This document shows positions 9,129-19,711 of a DNA stretch of 64,000 bases, one piece after another. The stretch covers positions 640,001 through 704,000 of the forward strand of contig JBEKVV010000001.1 of assembly GCA_049513715.1 (NCBI GenBank). Reading direction: 5' to 3'. Below the pieces are notes generated by a model. The model was not told the origin of the DNA and did no database searches. It saw only the letters and a program-made list of their open reading frames with translations. Both the position numbers and the translations under genes were made by a program. Within the stretch, counting starts at the first letter, position 1. Every line of letters begins with the position of its first letter. The DNA is from Candidatus Bathyarchaeia archaeon. Lineage in GTDB: Archaea; Thermoproteota; Bathyarchaeia; 40CM-2-53-6.

Positions 9129-9814
9129 GTGAAAAGTTCACCACAGCTCGCATTGCAAAAAGCGGAGAAAAATTCGAAATTCTAGTCAAACCCGATGAGG
9201 CACTAGACTACAAGATGGGAAAGCAGCTTGGGATCTCCCAACTGCTTGTTATCGACGAGATATACAGCGACGCCAACAAGGGCACGCACGCTTCCGAAGA
9301 GAAACTGCAGAAAGCATTCGGAACCACAGACCCTGTCAAAATTGCAGAGGAGATAATGAAGCACGGTGAGCTGCAACTCACCACGGATCAGAGACGACAA
9401 CTCGTCGAGGACAAGAGAAAGCAGATAGTAGCATTTATCGCCAGAAATTGCATTGACCCAAGAAGCGGAACACCTCACCCCCCCATCAGAATCGAGCAGG
9501 CTCTGAATCAGGTCAAGTACTCAATTGACCCCTTTAAGACCGTAGAGGAGCAAGCCAAGGAAATAATCGAGGAACTACGGTCCATAATTCCAATCAAAAT
9601 TGAGCAGATGCGAGTCGCAGTCAAGATTTTCGCGGAGCACTCAGCCAAGGGATATGGTGCACTGAAAAACTACGGAACAATCACTCGCGAAGAGTGGCAG
9701 GCCGACGGAGCTTTAGTTGCTGTCATTGAGATGCCGGCCGGGGTCTACGGCCCATTTCTTGAGCGCTTGGGCAAGATCACTCAGGGCACAATCCAAACAA
9801 AGATTCTAAAGTAG
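9125..9814 (+). CDS. Ribosome assembly factor SBDS
   Basis: GEKFEILV, GELQLT, DPRSGTPHPP motifs. Confidence 0.96.
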   Translation: MSEKFTTARIAKSGEKFEILVKPDEALDYKMGKQLGISQLLVIDEIYSDANKGTHASEEKLQKAFGTTDPVKIAEEIMKHGELQLTTDQRRQLVEDKRKQIVAFIARNCIDPRSGTPHPPIRIEQALNQVKYSIDPFKTVEEQAKEIIEELRSIIPIKIEQMRVAVKIFAEHSAKGYGALKNYGTITREEWQADGALVAVIEMPAGVYGPFLERLGKITQGTIQTKILK

Positions 9815-9904
9815 CCCGAACTGAGTCTGCGGGGAAACGGATAGGCTAAAGTAGCAGTTTCTTGGTTGTTCCACGCCTTCAGTCATGTACATGGGTTGGA
9901 ACAA

Positions 9905-10609
9905 TTGACTGTCCACGCAGAACACAAGCAGCTAGTGGGCCCCGGTGAACTTCTCGCAGAGGGCCCATACTTTGCAGGCGAAAACACCTACCGCGAAGGC
10001 ACGAAGATATTTTCGTCGCGCATAGGATTGGCCGAAGTGATTGGGAACAAACTAATCGTTGTCCCAATCAAAGGCGCATACATTCCACGCCTAGATGACA
10101 TTGTTGTCGGTCGCGTGACAGACATAGGGATGTCAGGTTGGCAAGTAGACATCTGCGGACCGTACCCCGCGATGTTGCCGGCGTCGGAGACTTCAATGTC
10201 ACGTGGGCGAGATTCGGGCCGGCGCGACTTGAGTCAGATCTACGTGGTCGGTGACATTATGCTTGCTCAGATCATAGCCTTCGATCGAACCCGTGACCCC
10301 CTTCTAACCACGAAGGGACGTGGGTTGGGCAAGATCACTTCGGGCCGTGTGGCGCGAATAACGCCTGCTAAGATACCACGCATAATAGGAAAGACGGGTT
10401 CAATGATAACAATGTTGAAGAAGGAGACCGGAACCGATATCATCCCCGGTCAAAACGGTGTTATCTTGGCAACTGGTGGAACGCCAGACCAAGAGAGAAT
10501 CGCTGTAGAAGCCGTTTACATGATTGATCGAGAAGCTCACACAACAGGACTAACTGACCGTGTGAAAGCGATGATACAAGGGAAAATGAAGGTAAAGACT
10601 AATGGGTAA
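9905..10609 (+). CDS. rrp4: Exosome RNA-binding subunit Rrp4
   Basis: [18 protein letters not shown] (S1), KH motif [23 protein letters not shown]; start refined to TTG 9905. Confidence 0.95.
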   Translation: MTVHAEHKQLVGPGELLAEGPYFAGENTYREGTKIFSSRIGLAEVIGNKLIVVPIKGAYIPRLDDIVVGRVTDIGMSGWQVDICGPYPAMLPASETSMSRGRDSGRRDLSQIYVVGDIMLAQIIAFDRTRDPLLTTKGRGLGKITSGRVARITPAKIPRIIGKTGSMITMLKKETGTDIIPGQNGVILATGGTPDQERIAVEAVYMIDREAHTTGLTDRVKAMIQGKMKVKTNG

Positions 10610-11366
10610 AGAAAAGACTGTTAAATTAATGGACGAAAACGGCCTTCGAGTTGACGGCCGACGAGTCGACGAACTCAGGCCACTCAAATTGGAAGTTGGC
10701 ATCTTAGACAAAGCCGACGGCTCAGCGTACATAGAACACGGCAAGAACAAAATCCTAGCAGCAGTGTACGGGCCCAGAGAAGCACATCCAAAACATATCG
10801 CCCTGGCTGATCGCGCAGTTGTCAGGTGCCGCTACCACATGGCACCCTTCTCCACTACGGAAAGAAAATCACCTGCCCCATCACGACGCGAGTTAGAGCT
10901 CTCGAAAGTGATCAGGGAAGCGTTGGAGCCTGCTATCATGTCGGAGTATTTTCCAAGAGCCACAATAGACATCTTCATCGAAGTTCTAGAAGCGGATGCC
11001 GGAACCAGATGTGCCGGCATCACCGCAGCATCGTTGGCACTGGCCGATGGAGGCATACCAATGCGCGAGCTTGTTGCAGCCTGTGCGGCCGGCAAAGTCG
11101 AAGGGCAAGTTGTCCTCGATTTGTCTAATATGGAAGACCAGCAGGGCGAAGCTGACTTGCCAGTCGCACTCATGCCAAAGTCAAACGTGATTACCCTGCT
11201 TCAGATGGACGGCTCTCTCACAGAGGATGAGTTCAAGCGCGCTCTGGACCTTAGCACAGACGCCTGCAGGAAGATACATGAAATGCAACGGGAAGCGCTC
11301 AGGCAGAAGTACCTGGTTGCACGGGACGAAAGTGAAAAGAAGGAAGTGGAGGAGGTAAAGGCATAA
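10602..11366 (+). CDS. rrp41: Exosome exonuclease Rrp41
   Basis: [27 protein letters not shown]. Confidence 0.97.
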   Translation: MGKEKTVKLMDENGLRVDGRRVDELRPLKLEVGILDKADGSAYIEHGKNKILAAVYGPREAHPKHIALADRAVVRCRYHMAPFSTTERKSPAPSRRELELSKVIREALEPAIMSEYFPRATIDIFIEVLEADAGTRCAGITAASLALADGGIPMRELVAACAAGKVEGQVVLDLSNMEDQQGEADLPVALMPKSNVITLLQMDGSLTEDEFKRALDLSTDACRKIHEMQREALRQKYLVARDESEKKEVEEVKA

Positions 11367-11368
11367 AC

Positions 11369-12184
11369 TTGTCTACAACTCGCCAACACTCCCCGGTCGC
11401 AAAACTCGAACAAAAGACTATCGTAGATCTAATCACCAAAGGGAAGCGACTCGATGAGCGAGGCCCGCTCGATTATAGGCCGCTCACAATAACTTTAGGC
11501 ATAATCGAGAAAGCCAACGGTTCAGCTCAAGTATACTTAGGAAAAACGAAAGTCGTAGCCGGTATCAAAGTTGAACAAGGGACCCCATTCCCAGACACTC
11601 CGAACGAAGGTATTCTCACCGTCAACTCGGAGTTCGTGCCAATGGCCTCACCCACATTCGAAGCTGGGCCTCCGGACGAGAACTCGATTGAACTGGCACG
11701 TGTTGTCGACAGGGGGATAAGGGAATCCAAAGCGATCGACCTGAAAAAGCTCTGCATAGAACCCGGAAAGAAGGTCTTCATGGTCTTCGTAGATATTTAC
11801 ATCTTGGACCACGACGGCAACCTCATTGATGCTGCAGCGATGGCCGCACTAGGCGCGCTTGCAAACGCCAAGATGTTTGAATTCGAAGTAAAAGATGGCG
11901 AGGCCAAATTCAAAGACAAGCAAATGCCACTGCCAATGCAGAACTACCCCGTTCCAATAACAACAGCGAAGATCGATGGCACAATGGTCCTAGATCCTTG
12001 CTTGGAAGAAGAGTCTGTGATGAGTTGCCGGTTGACCGTCACCACAGACCAAAAAGACAGGATTTGTGCTATGCAGAAGGGCGGCTTAGGCGCCTTCACA
12101 CCAGAAGAAATCAAACAGGCCGTTTCGATAGCGATTAGCAAATCCAGGGATTTGCGAAAGAAGATATTGTCAGGCGTAAACTAG
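11369..12184 (+). CDS. rrp42: Exosome subunit Rrp42
   Basis: KANGSA, PFPDTPNEG, ELARVVDRGIRES, DHDGNLIDA, MQKGG. Confidence 0.97.
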   Translation: MSTTRQHSPVAKLEQKTIVDLITKGKRLDERGPLDYRPLTITLGIIEKANGSAQVYLGKTKVVAGIKVEQGTPFPDTPNEGILTVNSEFVPMASPTFEAGPPDENSIELARVVDRGIRESKAIDLKKLCIEPGKKVFMVFVDIYILDHDGNLIDAAAMAALGALANAKMFEFEVKDGEAKFKDKQMPLPMQNYPVPITTAKIDGTMVLDPCLEEESVMSCRLTVTTDQKDRICAMQKGGLGAFTPEEIKQAVSIAISKSRDLRKKILSGVN

Positions 12185-12185
12185 C

Positions 12186-12602
12186 ATGGGAAGGACATAC
12201 AAAGTCGGCCCCTCAGGCAGCTTCGGCGCACGCTATGGAACAGTGCCCAGAAAGAGATACTCAACCGTCATAACTGAAATGAGAGCTCCACACGAATGCC
12301 CCCAATGCCACATTCCAGCTGTTAAACGGCTGTCGGTCGGAATTTGGCTTTGCGACAGATGCGGATTCAAGTTCGCAGGGGGAGCCTACACACCCACAAC
12401 AAAGCTAGGACAAATCGCTGAAAGGGCAGCCCGCGCAGGCGTAGCATCAAGCCTGATGCAAGAACTGAAAGCCGAAAAGGCGCGAGCCGCCGAGAAGGAA
12501 GCTAAAGCTAAAGCACCCAAACGTCGACGCCGCAGGGCACAACCGACAGCAGAAGAGAAGGCATCAGACGCTCCTCCAACGCCTGAAGAAAAACCTGCAT
12601 AA
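12186..12602 (+). CDS. rpl37ae: 50S ribosomal protein L37ae with charged C-terminal extension
   Basis: FGARYG, CPQC..GIWLCDRC, AGGAYTP. Confidence 0.95.
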   Translation: MGRTYKVGPSGSFGARYGTVPRKRYSTVITEMRAPHECPQCHIPAVKRLSVGIWLCDRCGFKFAGGAYTPTTKLGQIAERAARAGVASSLMQELKAEKARAAEKEAKAKAPKRRRRRAQPTAEEKASDAPPTPEEKPA

Positions 12603-12717
12603 GGCTCCCTGTAACAATCGAAATTACAGATGCCAATTATGAGACTTTACAAGCACTGTCACAGCTCAAAACTCTGGACACATCGAATTCATGGCGAGTC
12701 CGAGCTATGATTTGACC

Positions 12718-13032
12718 ATGCAGCCAAAAGCAACCGGAAAGGTACGCCTCTCTTTCACTTCCAAAAGACAGCTAAATGCGATAGCTGAATCCCTCAAGGC
12801 TGAGCTTGCCCACCCTGCCGGCACAAAAGCTCGTGCTTCTCTAGGCGTGCGACCGCGAATACTCGAATTACGATTTGAGGCAGTAGATTCAACTGCCCTA
12901 AGAGCTATCCTCAGTTCATACCTGAGGTTGCTCGCGGCAACCCTGAACGTCAGTAATGCTCTAATTCACCTTGACAACTCAGGAGCAGAGGAAACCAAGA
13001 CGAGAAAAGCCATGCGGCCAAAGGCACTGTGA
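12718..13032 (+). CDS. pcc1: KEOPS subunit Pcc1
   Basis: LELRFEAVDSTALRAILSSYLR pattern; superoperon position. Confidence 0.8.
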   Translation: MQPKATGKVRLSFTSKRQLNAIAESLKAELAHPAGTKARASLGVRPRILELRFEAVDSTALRAILSSYLRLLAATLNVSNALIHLDNSGAEETKTRKAMRPKAL

Positions 13033-13043
13033 GTTGCAGATGA

Positions 13044-14261
13044 ATGATTGGTGATCTAGACCGAGAAATGAAGAAACGCGGAGTGCAAGCCATTGTTGTG
13101 CATGGCTATACGACCCTCGGAGACCCGGATCTGGCGTACGTTGTTGGCGGGGCTTTAGCAAGAGGTGGCACCTACATCAAGAAGATCGGCCACCAACCGC
13201 TGCTGGTCACCAGCAACTTAGACCTCGGGACCGCCAGAAAGTGGGGCCGAGTGACACGAATTCAAACATACACCGATTGGGGGTTGGAGAAGCTTTCAAC
13301 AAAATACGGGCGCGGAAAAGCCTTGCCCCACATGCTCGCTATGATCATGAAGAAAGAGGGCGTAAAGGGTAAGGTCAACTTGTACGGGCGGAACGACTTG
13401 GCGTCAGGAATATTCATGGTTGACCAATTAAGACGACTTCGAATCAAAATAGTGGGAGAACACCCCCCGACGGTACTAGATGCGGCGCGGGAGACGAAAG
13501 CCTCAACCGAGATTCGAGAACTTCGTCACGTTGCCGCCAAGACGGCTAAAGTCGTAAACGCAGTAACTGACGCGCTTCGGAGTTTAAAGCGAAAGCGTGC
13601 TGCACTCTATCTGGGTGGAAAGCGCGCCACCGTTGGGCTTGTCAAATCCTTGATATCATCCACCCTTGCTGCTGAAGGTTTGATCGCCCCCGAGGGAACG
13701 ATTTTCGCCATCGGCTCTTCAGGTGCCGACCCACATAACTCCGGCGTGCCAAGCAATCCCATTAAAGAAGGCAGGTTGATTGTGTTCGACATATTTCCGC
13801 AGGCTGAATCGGGGTACTGGGCCGACATGACCCGGACGTTTGTCGTTGGACGGGCGGAAGCGAAGGCGAAACGCCTCTACGAAGCTGTTCTGGACGCCCA
13901 AACTTCTAGCTTAGACTTCATTCGTCCTGGGGTGACGGGTGAAGAGGCTATGGTCAGGGCGTGCGACATAATAGAGGACCATGGCTTTCACACTGTCAGG
14001 GAAGTATTCGAAGGGAAATCCACGGGCATTTCATCCGGGTTTAATCACTCGCTCGGACATGGGGTTGGCCTTACGATAGGGGAAGGGCCGTACCTCTCAT
14101 TCCTGAGCAAAGAACGGCTGAAGGCGGCAGAAGTTGTGACAGTTGAGCCAGGCGTGTATCTTCCCGGCTACGGTGGAGTGAGGATTGAAGACACAGTGGC
14201 CATCACCTCGAGGGGTATAGAAAACTTAAGCCCCGTAGAGAAAGAACTAGAGCTAACCTAG
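13044..14261 (+). CDS. Xaa-Pro peptidase (M24B family)
   Basis: [30 protein letters not shown] metal-binding motifs. Confidence 0.93.
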   Translation: MIGDLDREMKKRGVQAIVVHGYTTLGDPDLAYVVGGALARGGTYIKKIGHQPLLVTSNLDLGTARKWGRVTRIQTYTDWGLEKLSTKYGRGKALPHMLAMIMKKEGVKGKVNLYGRNDLASGIFMVDQLRRLRIKIVGEHPPTVLDAARETKASTEIRELRHVAAKTAKVVNAVTDALRSLKRKRAALYLGGKRATVGLVKSLISSTLAAEGLIAPEGTIFAIGSSGADPHNSGVPSNPIKEGRLIVFDIFPQAESGYWADMTRTFVVGRAEAKAKRLYEAVLDAQTSSLDFIRPGVTGEEAMVRACDIIEDHGFHTVREVFEGKSTGISSGFNHSLGHGVGLTIGEGPYLSFLSKERLKAAEVVTVEPGVYLPGYGGVRIEDTVAITSRGIENLSPVEKELELT

Positions 14262-14268
14262 GAGGATT

Positions 14269-14757
14269 GTGAATGTGGAAACGAAAGTAATTGACGTTCC
14301 AGTAGCTGAAGGACTGAACGCAATTCTGGGTCAGAGCCACTTCATCAAAACCGTCGAAGACATTTACGAAGCTTTGGTCAACGCGGTGCCAGGCATAGCT
14401 TTCGGAGTTGCATTCTGTGAATCAAGTGGACCATGCTTGGTTCGCGTTGAAGGAAACGACGCCGAACTGAAAAGACTCGCCACTAATACTGCCCTGCAAG
14501 TTTCAGCAGGGCATAGCTTCATCATTTTCATGCGAAACGCCTATCCGATTAACGTGCTCGACAAAGTAAAGGCAGTTCCAGAGGTCTGTAACATCTATCT
14601 GGCAACCGCAAACCCGTTTCAGGTCATAGTGGCTGAGACGGAGCAAGGACGCGGGATACTGGGGGTGATCGATGGATTCGCTTCCAAGGGAATGGAAACG
14701 GAGCGAGACGTGGTGGAGCGGAAGGCATTTCTGCGGAAGATAAGTTACAAGCTCTAA
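14269..14757 (+). CDS. Adenosine-specific kinase-like protein (DUF355)
   Basis: GQSHFIKTVED, AFCESSG, ATANP, GRGILGVIDG. Confidence 0.88.
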   Translation: MNVETKVIDVPVAEGLNAILGQSHFIKTVEDIYEALVNAVPGIAFGVAFCESSGPCLVRVEGNDAELKRLATNTALQVSAGHSFIIFMRNAYPINVLDKVKAVPEVCNIYLATANPFQVIVAETEQGRGILGVIDGFASKGMETERDVVERKAFLRKISYKL

Positions 14758-16193
14758 ATTGCCTTCGCGGGCGCCTTTGAGGAAGCTACGTACCACCGGG
14801 CACCAGCGGCTGTATCCTCCAATCCGAGCCCCAGTTCCGTTAGGCTGTTCCGGATGGTGTCGGCTGTCGCCCAATCTCCTCTCTTCCTCGCCTCCTCCCG
14901 AATTTTCAAGAGGAGATTCAAGAGGCCGTCGAAGGCTATGTCTTGTTGATTGTCCATGGGTCTAAAGATCCCAAAGATGCCCCCGAAGTAATCGAATGTC
15001 TGCAGAATCCTCTCCACAGAACTTCTTCCAATGTTCTTGGTAGCATATGGTTCCGTTTCTTTCGCGAACGATATCATCGCTGCCAAAGCCCTTGGCGTGT
15101 TGAAATCGTCGTCCATAGCAGCATCAAAACTATCCTTCGCCTCCGATGTCACCTTCTCGATTGTTACGGTCGCGCTTTCGTTTTGATTTGTGGCGGTTGT
15201 TGCTTCAAGTGAGCGGAATTGGTTGTACACAGATCGGAGCTTGTCCAGTACTTGTTCTGCTTGGTATACGTTTGATTCGTCGTAGTCGAGTTGGCTGCGG
15301 TAGTGGCTCATCGCGTAGTAGAGTCGAAGGGCTTCAACGTCATGTTTCGATAATGCTTCCTTGATCGTGACAAAGTTGCCCATTGATTTGCCCATGCGAG
15401 TCCCGCTTATCATGAGCAGCCCACTGTGTATCCAGTAACGAACTAGGGGGCTGAACCCGGTCGCGGCTTCGGCCTGTGCGATCTCGGCCTCATGGTGCGG
15501 AAAGACGAGGTCCAATCCGCCGCCGTGGAGGTCGTATTGCGGGCCAAAGTAAGTCGTAGTTATGGCTGTGTCTTCGATGTGCCATCCAGGCCTACCTTTC
15601 CCCCATGGGCTATCCCAAGCGGGTTCGCCCGGCTTCTGACTCTTCCACAGGGCGAAGTCAACGACGCTCTTCTTTCGAGGGTCCGGGTCGATTCGGTGGG
15701 TTGTCAGTTGCTCAATATTCTGCCCGGAAAGCTTTCCATAATCGCCGAACTTGGAAACATCGTAGTAGACGTCGTTATCTACCTTGTATGCGAAGCCTCG
15801 CTGTATGAGCGTTGAGATCTGCGCGATTATTTCTGGAATGTGCTCTGATGCCTTCGCGTAGAGATTTACGCTTGATATTCCGAGCCCTTCCATGTCGTTG
15901 ATGAATTCCTTAGCGAATCGGTCGGCTAGTCTCAGGGGGTCGTCGCCAGATTCCCGTGCCTTGTTGATTATTTTGTCCTCGACATCAGTTATGTTCATGA
16001 GGTAGAACAAGCTGTACCTTTTCGACCTCAGATACCGTGCAATTATGTCGTATGCGAGGTAGGTTCTGGCGTGCCCAACGTGACTGTGGTCGTAGACCGT
16101 GGGGCCGCACACAAACATGTAGACTCTATTACCATGGGATGGTTTGAAGTCCTCAACAGATCGTGTTCTAGTGTTGTATACTCTCAAAACCAA
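14754..16193 (-). CDS. cysS: Cysteine--tRNA ligase
   Basis: [38 protein letters not shown]; start refined to TTG 16193. Confidence 0.96.
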   Translation of the reverse strand: MVLRVYNTRTRSVEDFKPSHGNRVYMFVCGPTVYDHSHVGHARTYLAYDIIARYLRSKRYSLFYLMNITDVEDKIINKARESGDDPLRLADRFAKEFINDMEGLGISSVNLYAKASEHIPEIIAQISTLIQRGFAYKVDNDVYYDVSKFGDYGKLSGQNIEQLTTHRIDPDPRKKSVVDFALWKSQKPGEPAWDSPWGKGRPGWHIEDTAITTTYFGPQYDLHGGGLDLVFPHHEAEIAQAEAATGFSPLVRYWIHSGLLMISGTRMGKSMGNFVTIKEALSKHDVEALRLYYAMSHYRSQLDYDESNVYQAEQVLDKLRSVYNQFRSLEATTATNQNESATVTIEKVTSEAKDSFDAAMDDDFNTPRALAAMISFAKETEPYATKNIGRSSVERILQTFDYFGGIFGIFRPMDNQQDIAFDGLLNLLLKIREEARKRGDWATADTIRNSLTELGLGLEDTAAGARWYVASSKAPAKAI

Positions 16194-16464
16194 AAGAAGA
16201 ATCACCCACACTGGACCTGAGTTGCGGAGTTAGATTCGCTTGACTACTTATCAGTCGCAAGAGACTGGGTTCCTTCGCAAACGCGTTCACCCATTGCACT
16301 CGCCGTCTCGAGGAAACCACGTCACAATATCTAATTAACGTTGTCATATCGGACTTGCCACAGTGGGATATGTGTTCCAGCTCTATGCGATGTCGACTGG
16401 AGATATGTGTGGTCGATCACCCTTACACATATATTGAACCACTTCGTCCCAATCGGCAAAACGG

Positions 16465-17748
16465 ATGATTACTAGCATGGCACAAGCGGTCCTCAAACCG
16501 GAAAGGAAAGGCGACGAACCAGTCATTCAACCTGAAGTTAACATTGGAACCCTTGGCCATGTAGACAACGGAAAGAGCACGCTCGTTCAGGCTCTAACTG
16601 GTGTATGGACTGCTCGGCACTCTGAAGAACTCAGACGAGGAATCACGATCCGGATTGGTTACGCTGATGCTTTCATTTACAAATGCCCCAAATGCAAGGC
16701 CCCGAGCAACTACAGCGCCAAACCAAAATGCCCCAACTGCGGCAGCGAAGCGAAACTCAAACGAGTCATAAGTTTCGTCGACTGCCCCGGACACCATAGC
16801 CTAATGGTAACAATGCTCTCAGGTTCATCCCTCATGGACGGTGCGCTCTTCGTTCTGGCGAGCAACGCAAAGTGCCCACAAGCGCAGGATAGAGAACATC
16901 TCCTAGCAGCTCAAAGCGTCGGGATCAAGAACCTCGTAATCGTACAAAACAAGGTCGATGTGGTCCCCAAGGAAAGAGCGCTCGAAAACTACAAGGAAAT
17001 CAAATCCTTCATCAAAGGAACAATAGCAGAAAATGCGCCAATCGTCCCAATTTCCGCTCAACACGGCACAAACATCGACATCCTACTCAGAGAGATCGAA
17101 GAGAGAATTCCCACGCCAAAACGAGACCTCACCGCTTCAGCCCGAATGTTTGTTTTGAGATCCTTTGAAGTAAACAAACCTGGAACAGAAGTGGATGAAC
17201 TATTGGGCGGCGTGGTAGGGGGTTCTGTTGTTCAAGGAATCTTTCGGATTGGTGACGAGATCGAAATAAAACCCGGAATCCCTCTTCAGGAAGGCGGAAA
17301 AACAAAGTACGAGCGGCTCGTCACAACCGTGAGAAGCCTCAACGTGAGCAGAGGGGCCGTCCAAGAGGCCACAAGCGGCGGCTTGGTCGGCATAGGAACC
17401 GACCTAGACCCTTCACTGACGAAATCAGATGGGCTCGTCGGCAGTGTGGCAGGGAAAATCGATACGCTTCCACCAACACTCGCAAAGATCACATTGGATG
17501 TCAAGCTTTTTGACAAAGTGGTGGGAACAGAACTGGCAGTTCCTGTGGAAAAGATACGAACGAACGAGGCGTTGGTTCTAAACGTAGGAACAACAGTCAC
17601 ATCTGGCTTGGTGACGTCCGCGCGCGAGGACCTAGTCGACATTGGACTCAAGAAACCGGCCTGCGCGGAGGCTGGTTCCAAAGTGGCTATTAGTCGCCGA
17701 ATTGCCGATAGCTGGCGGCTGATTGGATTCGGTTCATTGAGGGCATGA
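16465..17748 (+). CDS. eif2g: Translation initiation factor aIF2 gamma
   Basis: QPEVNIG..GHVDNGKST, EELRRGITI, Zn knuckle, DCPGH, NKVD, WRLIGFG; alternative ATG at 16477. Confidence 0.97.
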   Translation: MITSMAQAVLKPERKGDEPVIQPEVNIGTLGHVDNGKSTLVQALTGVWTARHSEELRRGITIRIGYADAFIYKCPKCKAPSNYSAKPKCPNCGSEAKLKRVISFVDCPGHHSLMVTMLSGSSLMDGALFVLASNAKCPQAQDREHLLAAQSVGIKNLVIVQNKVDVVPKERALENYKEIKSFIKGTIAENAPIVPISAQHGTNIDILLREIEERIPTPKRDLTASARMFVLRSFEVNKPGTEVDELLGGVVGGSVVQGIFRIGDEIEIKPGIPLQEGGKTKYERLVTTVRSLNVSRGAVQEATSGGLVGIGTDLDPSLTKSDGLVGSVAGKIDTLPPTLAKITLDVKLFDKVVGTELAVPVEKIRTNEALVLNVGTTVTSGLVTSAREDLVDIGLKKPACAEAGSKVAISRRIADSWRLIGFGSLRA

Positions 17749-18158
17749 ACATGCCGGTCAAGGTTATTCTTGATTCGAATTTTCTCATGATACCCTTCCA
17801 ATTTAATTTGGATGTCTTTCAGGAAATCGAGTACCTTCTTCAGCGAAAGGTGGACTTCATAGTTCCTTCGTTAGTGAAGAGCGAACTAACAGGTATCTCC
17901 ACTAGAGGGGGCGAAGGTGCGCCCGAAGCGTCTCTCGCCCTGCAACTGGCTTCTCGATGCCGAGTCGTGGAAGTTGCACTGAACCCGGGCGAGACGGTTG
18001 ATGACGCGATTGTGAAGGCCTCACAGAAATTGGGTGCGGTTGTTGCAACCACTGATATCGAGCTCAAGAAGAGGCTCAGAGATGTTAATATCCCAGTTGT
18101 GTACCTGCGAGACAAATCTAAATTAGAAGTTGATGGAGTAGAGCCAGCCTACTTCTGA
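17745..18158 (+). CDS. PIN-domain protein (Utp24/Fcf1-like)
   Basis: VILDSNFL, VDDAIV, VATTD; canonical position after eif2g. Confidence 0.9.
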   Translation: MNMPVKVILDSNFLMIPFQFNLDVFQEIEYLLQRKVDFIVPSLVKSELTGISTRGGEGAPEASLALQLASRCRVVEVALNPGETVDDAIVKASQKLGAVVATTDIELKKRLRDVNIPVVYLRDKSKLEVDGVEPAYF

Positions 18159-18194
18159 AAAGTCTAACTAATGGTTACTAGGTGTGGAAGGCAA

Positions 18195-18770
18195 ATGTTC
18201 AGGTTAGTCACAGTTGAGGACATAGTACGAATTCCGCCGAAAAGCTTCGGCCATCCAATCGACAAGGCCGCCAAGGAACAAATTAAGCTGAAGTATGAGA
18301 ACGTAGTCGACGAGGAGCTTGGTTATGTCATACTCGTAGTAGACGTGGATGTTGACCCCGTGGGAAAGATACTGCCAGGTGACGGGTCAACATACCACAA
18401 AGTGAACTTCAAACTCTTATCGTTCTACCCAGAGATGCATGAAATCGTGGAAGGCGAGGTAGTAGAAGTCACCGATTTTGGTGCTTTCGTGAGGATTGGT
18501 CCAGAAGATGCGCTCTTGCATGTTTCTCAAATCATGGACGATTTCATTTCCTTTGACGAGAAGCACGGAGTCCTCGTGGGCAAAGAATCACAACGGAAAC
18601 TCGGCAAAGGGGATATGGTGAGGGGAAGGATAATTGCTGTCAGTTTTCCACGTGGTGGGACCGGCGGGAAGATTGGCATCACCATGCGCCAACCCTTCCT
18701 GGGGAAAATAGAATGGATTGAAGGCGACATAAAGAAAACGAAGGTTGTCCATGAGGAGAAGGCAACTTGA
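18195..18770 (+). CDS. rpoE1: RNA polymerase subunit Rpo7 (E')
   Basis: VRIPP, PGDG, FGAFV, LLHVSQI, TMRQPFLGK. Confidence 0.96.
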   Translation: MFRLVTVEDIVRIPPKSFGHPIDKAAKEQIKLKYENVVDEELGYVILVVDVDVDPVGKILPGDGSTYHKVNFKLLSFYPEMHEIVEGEVVEVTDFGAFVRIGPEDALLHVSQIMDDFISFDEKHGVLVGKESQRKLGKGDMVRGRIIAVSFPRGGTGGKIGITMRQPFLGKIEWIEGDIKKTKVVHEEKAT

Positions 18771-18952
18771 CGGACAAGGCCTGCAAGAACTGCAGGTTCA
18801 TTAGCAGTGGCCCAATCTGCCCGAATTGCAAGTCCAACAACTTAAGCGACGATTGGAGTGGTCTGATAATCATAATCGACCCATCGACTTCCGAGGTAGC
18901 AAAACGGATGGCAATTACAGCGGCTGGACGCTACGCCCTTAGGGTCCGATAA
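18767..18952 (+). CDS. spt4: Transcription elongation factor Spt4 (RpoE'')
   Basis: ACKNC..CPNC, WSGLIII, GRYALRVR. Confidence 0.96.
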   Translation: MTDKACKNCRFISSGPICPNCKSNNLSDDWSGLIIIIDPSTSEVAKRMAITAAGRYALRVR

Positions 18953-18986
18953 GATCCGTCGCCTGCATTTTGCAAGATGTTTTTTT

Positions 18987-19505
18987 GTGCCTGTATTCAT
19001 TCTCAATGAAGCACAAAGAGAGAAACTGAAGGCCCCGCTCGGCGAACTAGTCACCGGCGACTTGGCTAGCTGTATTAGCGTGCTGAAAAGCGTTCTAGAG
19101 GTTGAAAAACCGGTACGGCTCATCCTTGTGGGAGATACAATCTCTAGAACGGCACTCCAATCCGGAATCCGCCCCTCAGTCATCATCATTGACGGAAAAG
19201 AGAAGAGGCAACCCGCAACCAATTTTCCCGTTCATGCCGCGGAAATTCTCCGGGCGCGAAACAAGCCCGGCTCCATTGAACCAGCCGCATGGAAAATGGT
19301 TGAGCGAGCAATTGAAAAGGGCAACGATGCTGTTTTAGTTGACGGCGAGGAAGATCTCCTAACCCTCCCCGCAATCATAGCGGCACCGTCAGGGTCACTC
19401 GTGGTTTACGGACAACCAAATGAAGGAATAGTGTTAGTCCGCGTGACCCCTGAGAAGCAGAAAGAGGTTCATGCACGCCTTGGTTTGATGGAATCTAAAG
19501 AATGA
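18987..19505 (+). CDS. GTP-dependent dephospho-CoA kinase family (DUF359)
   Basis: LKAPLG, VGD, DGKEKR, DGEEDLL, YGQPNEG. Confidence 0.9.
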   Translation: MPVFILNEAQREKLKAPLGELVTGDLASCISVLKSVLEVEKPVRLILVGDTISRTALQSGIRPSVIIIDGKEKRQPATNFPVHAAEILRARNKPGSIEPAAWKMVERAIEKGNDAVLVDGEEDLLTLPAIIAAPSGSLVVYGQPNEGIVLVRVTPEKQKEVHARLGLMESKE

Positions 19506-19507
19506 AA

Positions 19508-19711
19508 CTACTTCTTCGCTTTGACGTAATCAGTGAAGCTGCACGATCCGCATGTCCATCGCTCGACAGGCGTCTTGTGGAATGCCATTATGTTGCCACA
19601 ACGCGGGCACTTGCGGTTCTTCAGTTTGATCGTTGACTTCTCAGCGTCAACTTCATAGAGGCTTCCTAAATTCCGAGACTTCCGCGGCTTCGCGGGGGGT
19701 TTCTCGCTCAC
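19508..19711 (-). CDS. rps27ae: 30S ribosomal protein S27ae
   Basis: KNRKCPRCG..MAFH..RWTCGSC. Confidence 0.95.
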   Translation of the reverse strand: MSEKPPAKPRKSRNLGSLYEVDAEKSTIKLKNRKCPRCGNIMAFHKTPVERWTCGSCSFTDYVKAKK

